Positions 61,901-64,000 of a stretch of DNA of 64,000 bases are shown here, one piece after another; position 1 is the stretch's first letter; every line of letters starts with the position of its first letter. The translations under genes were made by a program, and so were the position numbers. Below the pieces are notes generated by a model. The model was given only the letters and a program-made list of their open reading frames with translations. It searched no databases and was not told the DNA's origin. This stretch comes from Antedon mediterranea. Taxonomy: Eukaryota > Animalia > Echinodermata. The stretch lies in contig NC_092672.1 in assembly GCF_964355755.1 (NCBI RefSeq), positions 806,001-870,000 of the forward strand, given 5' to 3'.

Positions 61901-62869
61901 AATCTCTTATATTGATATAAAGTTTGCGGTCCACCATTTGATTTGGTATCAACATTTGATTTGGTATCAACATTTGATTTGGTATCAACATTTGATTTGG
62001 TATCAACATTTGATTTGGTATCAACATTTGATTTGGTATCAACATTTGATTTGGTATCAACATTTGATTTGGTATCAACATTTGATTTGGTATCAACATT
62101 TGATTTGGTATCAACATTTGATTTGGTATCAACATTTGATTTGGTATCAACATTTGATTTGGTATCAACATTTGATTTGGTATCAACATTTGATTTGGTA
62201 TCAACATTTGATTTGGTATCAACATTTGATTTGGTATCAACATTTGATTTGGTATCAACATTTGATTTGGTATCAACATTTGATTTGGTATCAACATTTG
62301 ATTTGGTATCAACATTTGATTTGGTATCAACATTTGATTTGGTATCAACATTTGATTTGGTATCAACATTTGATTTGGTATCAACATTTGATTTGGTATC
62401 AACATTTGATTTGGTATCAACATTTGATTTGGTATCAAAATTTGATTTGGTATCAACATTTGATTTCGCCATGCAAACCTTCAAACAATATATTCTCATC
62501 TTATATTGTTGTACATGTATTATGTGGCTTGTGTATAATAGAAAGGTTGATCTTAATTACTGTATAGAAGATAATAATTAATGGTTAACATTAACTTACC
62601 TGTTATTGAGGACTCAAACGTATCGCTACTACTTAAAATTTGTGAAGTTGAAGATGCAATTAAACTACTATAAACAAAAAGATATTAAGAATATGTTAAT
62701 TTAACAATAATTTTTGAAAACATACATTTGATGTTAACATTTCTTTATAAACCGATACTGGTATTTTATTTTTTAATTTATGGAATATTTAAATTTTCTA
62801 TCTAAATCTAATATTTTGTACTCACCAAAGTAAGATTGGAATTAAGCCAACTATACCGATTGCTGCCAT
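52787..62869 (-). CDS. Secreted animal heme peroxidase (peroxidase-cyclooxygenase superfamily; MPO/LPO/ovoperoxidase/chorion-peroxidase-like), 12 coding exons, about 703 aa
   Basis: Hand-spliced CDS of 2112 nt with GT-AG introns and matching phases. Signal peptide [41 protein letters not shown] (distal His, heme-ester Asp); SSYIDLSMVYG (Ca site); GDFRAPEQ (distal Arg, heme-ester Glu); FLREHNRIA; AAFRMGHS (proximal His); NIQRGRDHG; DIDLFIGG; GDRFWFE; SLARIICDN. No LRR/Ig, EGF or transmembrane domain seen. Confidence 0.93.
53010..53149. mobile_element. MITE family A in peroxidase intron 11
   Basis: Same TIRs; TAA/TTA flanks. Confidence 0.85.
53155..53287. mobile_element. Diverged MITE family B-like copy
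   Basis: gattcccactag left end, gattggtcaa core and gaatcaagttta right end resemble the 52410 and 58643 copies. Confidence 0.45.
53451..53574 (-). CDS. Peroxidase exon 11
   Basis: DQVDEIRKASLARIICDNLDNVARIQPKVLVEPDEGFVGHI, donor AG|GTAAGT. Confidence 0.92.
53644..53812. mobile_element. MITE with TA target-site duplication
   Basis: TA|CGGGGCGCCGTCCGA...TCGGACGGCGCCCAG|TA, with internal aaaccatg and gtctttacaaac repeats. Confidence 0.7.
53938..54107 (-). CDS. Peroxidase exon 10
   Basis: Acceptor ttttgcag|, NVHDIDLFIGGTAE...[26 protein letters not shown]...FTI, donor G|GTTAGT. Confidence 0.93.
55154..56084. mobile_element. Modular foldback (FB/TU-like) element: arms of about 420 and 460 bp, each with a 21-bp tandem array, and a 52-bp spacer
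   Basis: 55154-55570 is the reverse complement of 55623-56084 apart from array copy number (11 vs 13 units of GTCATGCAGTACACACCAATC) and a few substitutions. TA flanks at 55155-55156 and 56082-56083. Lies in peroxidase intron 9. Confidence 0.85.
56580..56747 (-). CDS. Peroxidase exon 9
   Basis: Acceptor tttttttcatcag|, GPGNDLISINIQRGRDHGIPSY...LQQLY, donor AC|GTAAGC. Confidence 0.93.
56965..57634 (-). CDS. Peroxidase exon 8
   Basis: GLLR...AGDFRAPEQVGL...FLREHNRIA...FRMGHS...HLF, donor GG|GTAAGT. An alternative in-frame acceptor lies at 57628. Confidence 0.93.
57783..58229. repeat. Diverged tandem duplication of about 210-240 bp in peroxidase intron 7
   Basis: aatagcaac.atcgcatttggc...ttggttggacca.caattcaaatttgtt...ggattattgtaaa..gataagctaaaa occurs at about 57783 and 58022. 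Confidence 0.9.
58297..58536 (-). CDS. Peroxidase exon 7
   Basis: CFPIPILKDD...CLHFTRS...EQQNIISSYIDLSMVYG, phase 1 to 1. Confidence 0.92.
58643..58963. mobile_element. MITE family B copy with tandemly amplified right end (55-bp unit, about 3.6 copies)
   Basis: Left end ttgttcccac. Units ttacggcgcgcatcccatacgtcgtttttgcgttgtgtcctagtgggaaccaagt at about 58772, 58819, 58874 and a partial at 58929. Confidence 0.7.
59092..59271 (-). CDS. Peroxidase exon 6
   Basis: ...LPNARKIT...[18 protein letters not shown], donor T|GTAAGT, phase 1 to 1. Confidence 0.92.
59651..59900 (-). mobile_element. Two abutting LINE fragments (a 3' UTR with AATAAA(ATCA)n tail, then an ORF2 C-terminal stub)
   Basis: Minus strand ...cgaataaaatcaatcaatcaat is directly followed by IWNKLSVEFKNSTNVHVFRKLYKKHLLENY*, the WN.L....K...S...FK..LK..L ending typical of CR1/L2-group ORF2. 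Confidence 0.55.
60150..60360 (-). CDS. Peroxidase exon 5
   Basis: HPPGFEP...[33 protein letters not shown], donor G|GTGAGT. Confidence 0.9.
60795..60840 (-). CDS. Peroxidase exon 4 (46 nt)
   Basis: Acceptor tttgacacttatag|, SFIPYGHEILKMGTPY, donor AC|GTAAAT, phase 2 to 0. This supplies the phase required by the exon 5 CAG acceptor. Confidence 0.55.
61041..61160. mobile_element. Possible small MITE
   Basis: Inverted repeat ATTCACGGGAATC / GATTCCCGCGAAT (1 mismatch); CpG-richer interior with TGCGCATGCG. Confidence 0.4.
61315..61360 (-). CDS. Peroxidase exon 3 (46 nt)
   Basis: Acceptor tttttttcttag|, VEEINRIEADLGQNK, donor AG|GTATGT, phase 1 to 2. Confidence 0.7.
61624..61936. mobile_element. 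TIR-bounded element abutting the 18-bp minisatellite
   Basis: TGGTGTACCGCAAACTTATATCAA (61624-61647) is a near reverse complement of TTGATATAAAGTTTGCGGTCCACCA (61912-61936). Confidence 0.55.
61935..62466. repeat. 18-bp minisatellite (CATTTGATTTGGTATCAA), about 29.5 copies, in peroxidase intron 2
   Basis: Near-perfect array with a single variant unit near 62440. It explains the KSNVDT/LIPNQM/IWYQHL/VSTFDL pseudo-ORFs. Confidence 0.97.
62600..62667 (-). CDS. Peroxidase exon 2
   Basis: Acceptor tttttgtttatag| (tandem TAGTAG), [23 protein letters not shown], donor G|GTAAGT, phase 2 to 1. Confidence 0.8.
62826..62869 (-). CDS. Peroxidase exon 1 (start codon, signal peptide)
   Basis: ATG at 62869, [14 protein letters not shown], donor TG|GTGAGT, phase 2. 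Confidence 0.8.
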
Positions 62870-62928
62870 ATTGTTTGCTTTCCGCTTTCTTACCGAGGAT
62901 AATAAATAATTATTTTTAATAAATTCGG

Positions 62929-62936
62929 CTTATATA
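62929..62936 (-). promoter_or_regulatory. Probable TATA box of the peroxidase gene
   Basis: TATATAAG on the minus strand about 60 nt upstream of the ATG, with a Runx-like TGTGGT immediately upstream. Confidence 0.5.
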
Positions 62937-63822
62937 CTATCCACACCACACCTCTTTTAACTCGAGATGAATAACTTACGACGGATGCTAAGTGATCAAT
63001 GATACTTATGGTTGAGATAAGTACAAGTACTCAATATAATCCTCTTAATCTACTAGAAATCTCAAAAACACAAACGAAGGTGAAATAGATGAATGACATT
63101 ATCATCATAAAAGTGAAGAGAATAGGAGAAATGGTTTGAAAAATGGTTGGAGAAAAGGGGTGGAGAAAAGGGGTGGAGAAAAGAGTTGGAGGAAAGAGGG
63201 AGAACACAATGATAAGATTGGGGGAAGCTAACAGTCATTTGAAAGAAACTTTTTTGCACTTTTACATTAAACATAAGTAGCTAGTAACTTTTGGGCGAAA
63301 TAAGACAATGCATTCTAATGTGTATGGTATTGTATAATTTATTCAAAATAAGATATCACGTGAACAGGACGTAATAAATATTTCAAAATATTCCCGAAAT
63401 TATCACACAATTTGAATTCCGGAAATGTTACCTCAAGTGTGAATTTTAATCTTTATTATTAACAGACAGTTAATTGACTACTAATAACAGGTATTAATTA
63501 TACATAATTCTCAAGTAGGGACTACTGGAGAATACTTCTCAGATCACATAAGTCGTAAGTTTCTTACTTAGAAACCACATAGATACATTATAAGTTATAT
63601 CTTATAAGCCGTCAAACATCTAGTACGGCGCGTTTTTGTAAGATCAACATTACGCGCGTATAATTATAATTAACATACGTTATATCATTAAAAATCATTA
63701 ATATATAGAAACCTATAAAATCAATCAATAAATGTTATTTAAATTCTTAAACAAATAATATTAAATATCTTGACCCAACAATGATGCTTTTGCAAATGGT
63801 AAAAGTATGATTCTTATTTTAA

Positions 63823-63917
63823 AGCTCCGTCTACACTATCAGACTTTATGTGACAAAAAAATGTGACGTGCCCAAATATACAGTTTGTCAAACTAGTTTG
63901 ATAGTGTAGACAGATCT
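63823..63917. mobile_element. MITE family A, internally deleted
   Basis: Both TIRs present in a 95 bp copy; TAA/TTA flanks. Confidence 0.8.
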
Positions 63918-64000
63918 TTAGAATCGAACATTCAATAATCCACCATCGAAAATGTTTGGAAATTTAACAACCGAATATAATAGTTTGTCACGATTTTCAT

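Noticed and set aside
61789-62581. ORFs of more than 200 aa (KSNVDT)n etc., and a possible CRISPR-like array
   Set aside because: Head-to-tail 18-bp units with no spacers and no cas genes, in a eukaryotic intron; open in four frames.
63100-63230. Purine-rich tract (also 1630-1765) as a coding or G-quadruplex element
   Set aside because: Simple GA-rich low complexity with irregular G-runs; nothing specific to support.

Overview
AT-rich eukaryotic (invertebrate, probably deuterostome/echinoderm-like; inference) genomic DNA with two recognisable minus-strand genes. (1) A 12-exon secreted animal heme peroxidase (peroxidase-cyclooxygenase superfamily), CDS 62869->52787, about 703 aa, with all splice phases compatible by hand reconstruction. 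(2) An MN1 (meningioma-1 transcriptional coactivator) homologue whose 3.4 kb coding exon (48900->45504) ends at a phase-1 donor positioned like the end of vertebrate MN1 exon 1. It is followed by about 45 kb with no other clearly recognisable host gene (giant intron or gene desert). That stretch holds a candidate MN1 terminal exon near 3.0 kb, a candidate nested antisense gene for a secreted propeptide (39.2-41.5 kb), a perfect palindrome of two PBX-MEIS/PREP decamers, CTCF/RFX-like motifs, a long hairpin and a tRNA-Arg relic. Mobile DNA includes 8 copies of a Harbinger/Tourist-like MITE, a Harbinger derivative with a decayed Myb/SANT ORF, a 5'-truncated CR1/L2-type LINE, a 0.93 kb modular foldback element and several minisatellites. 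All protein similarities come from remembered motifs, not database searches.
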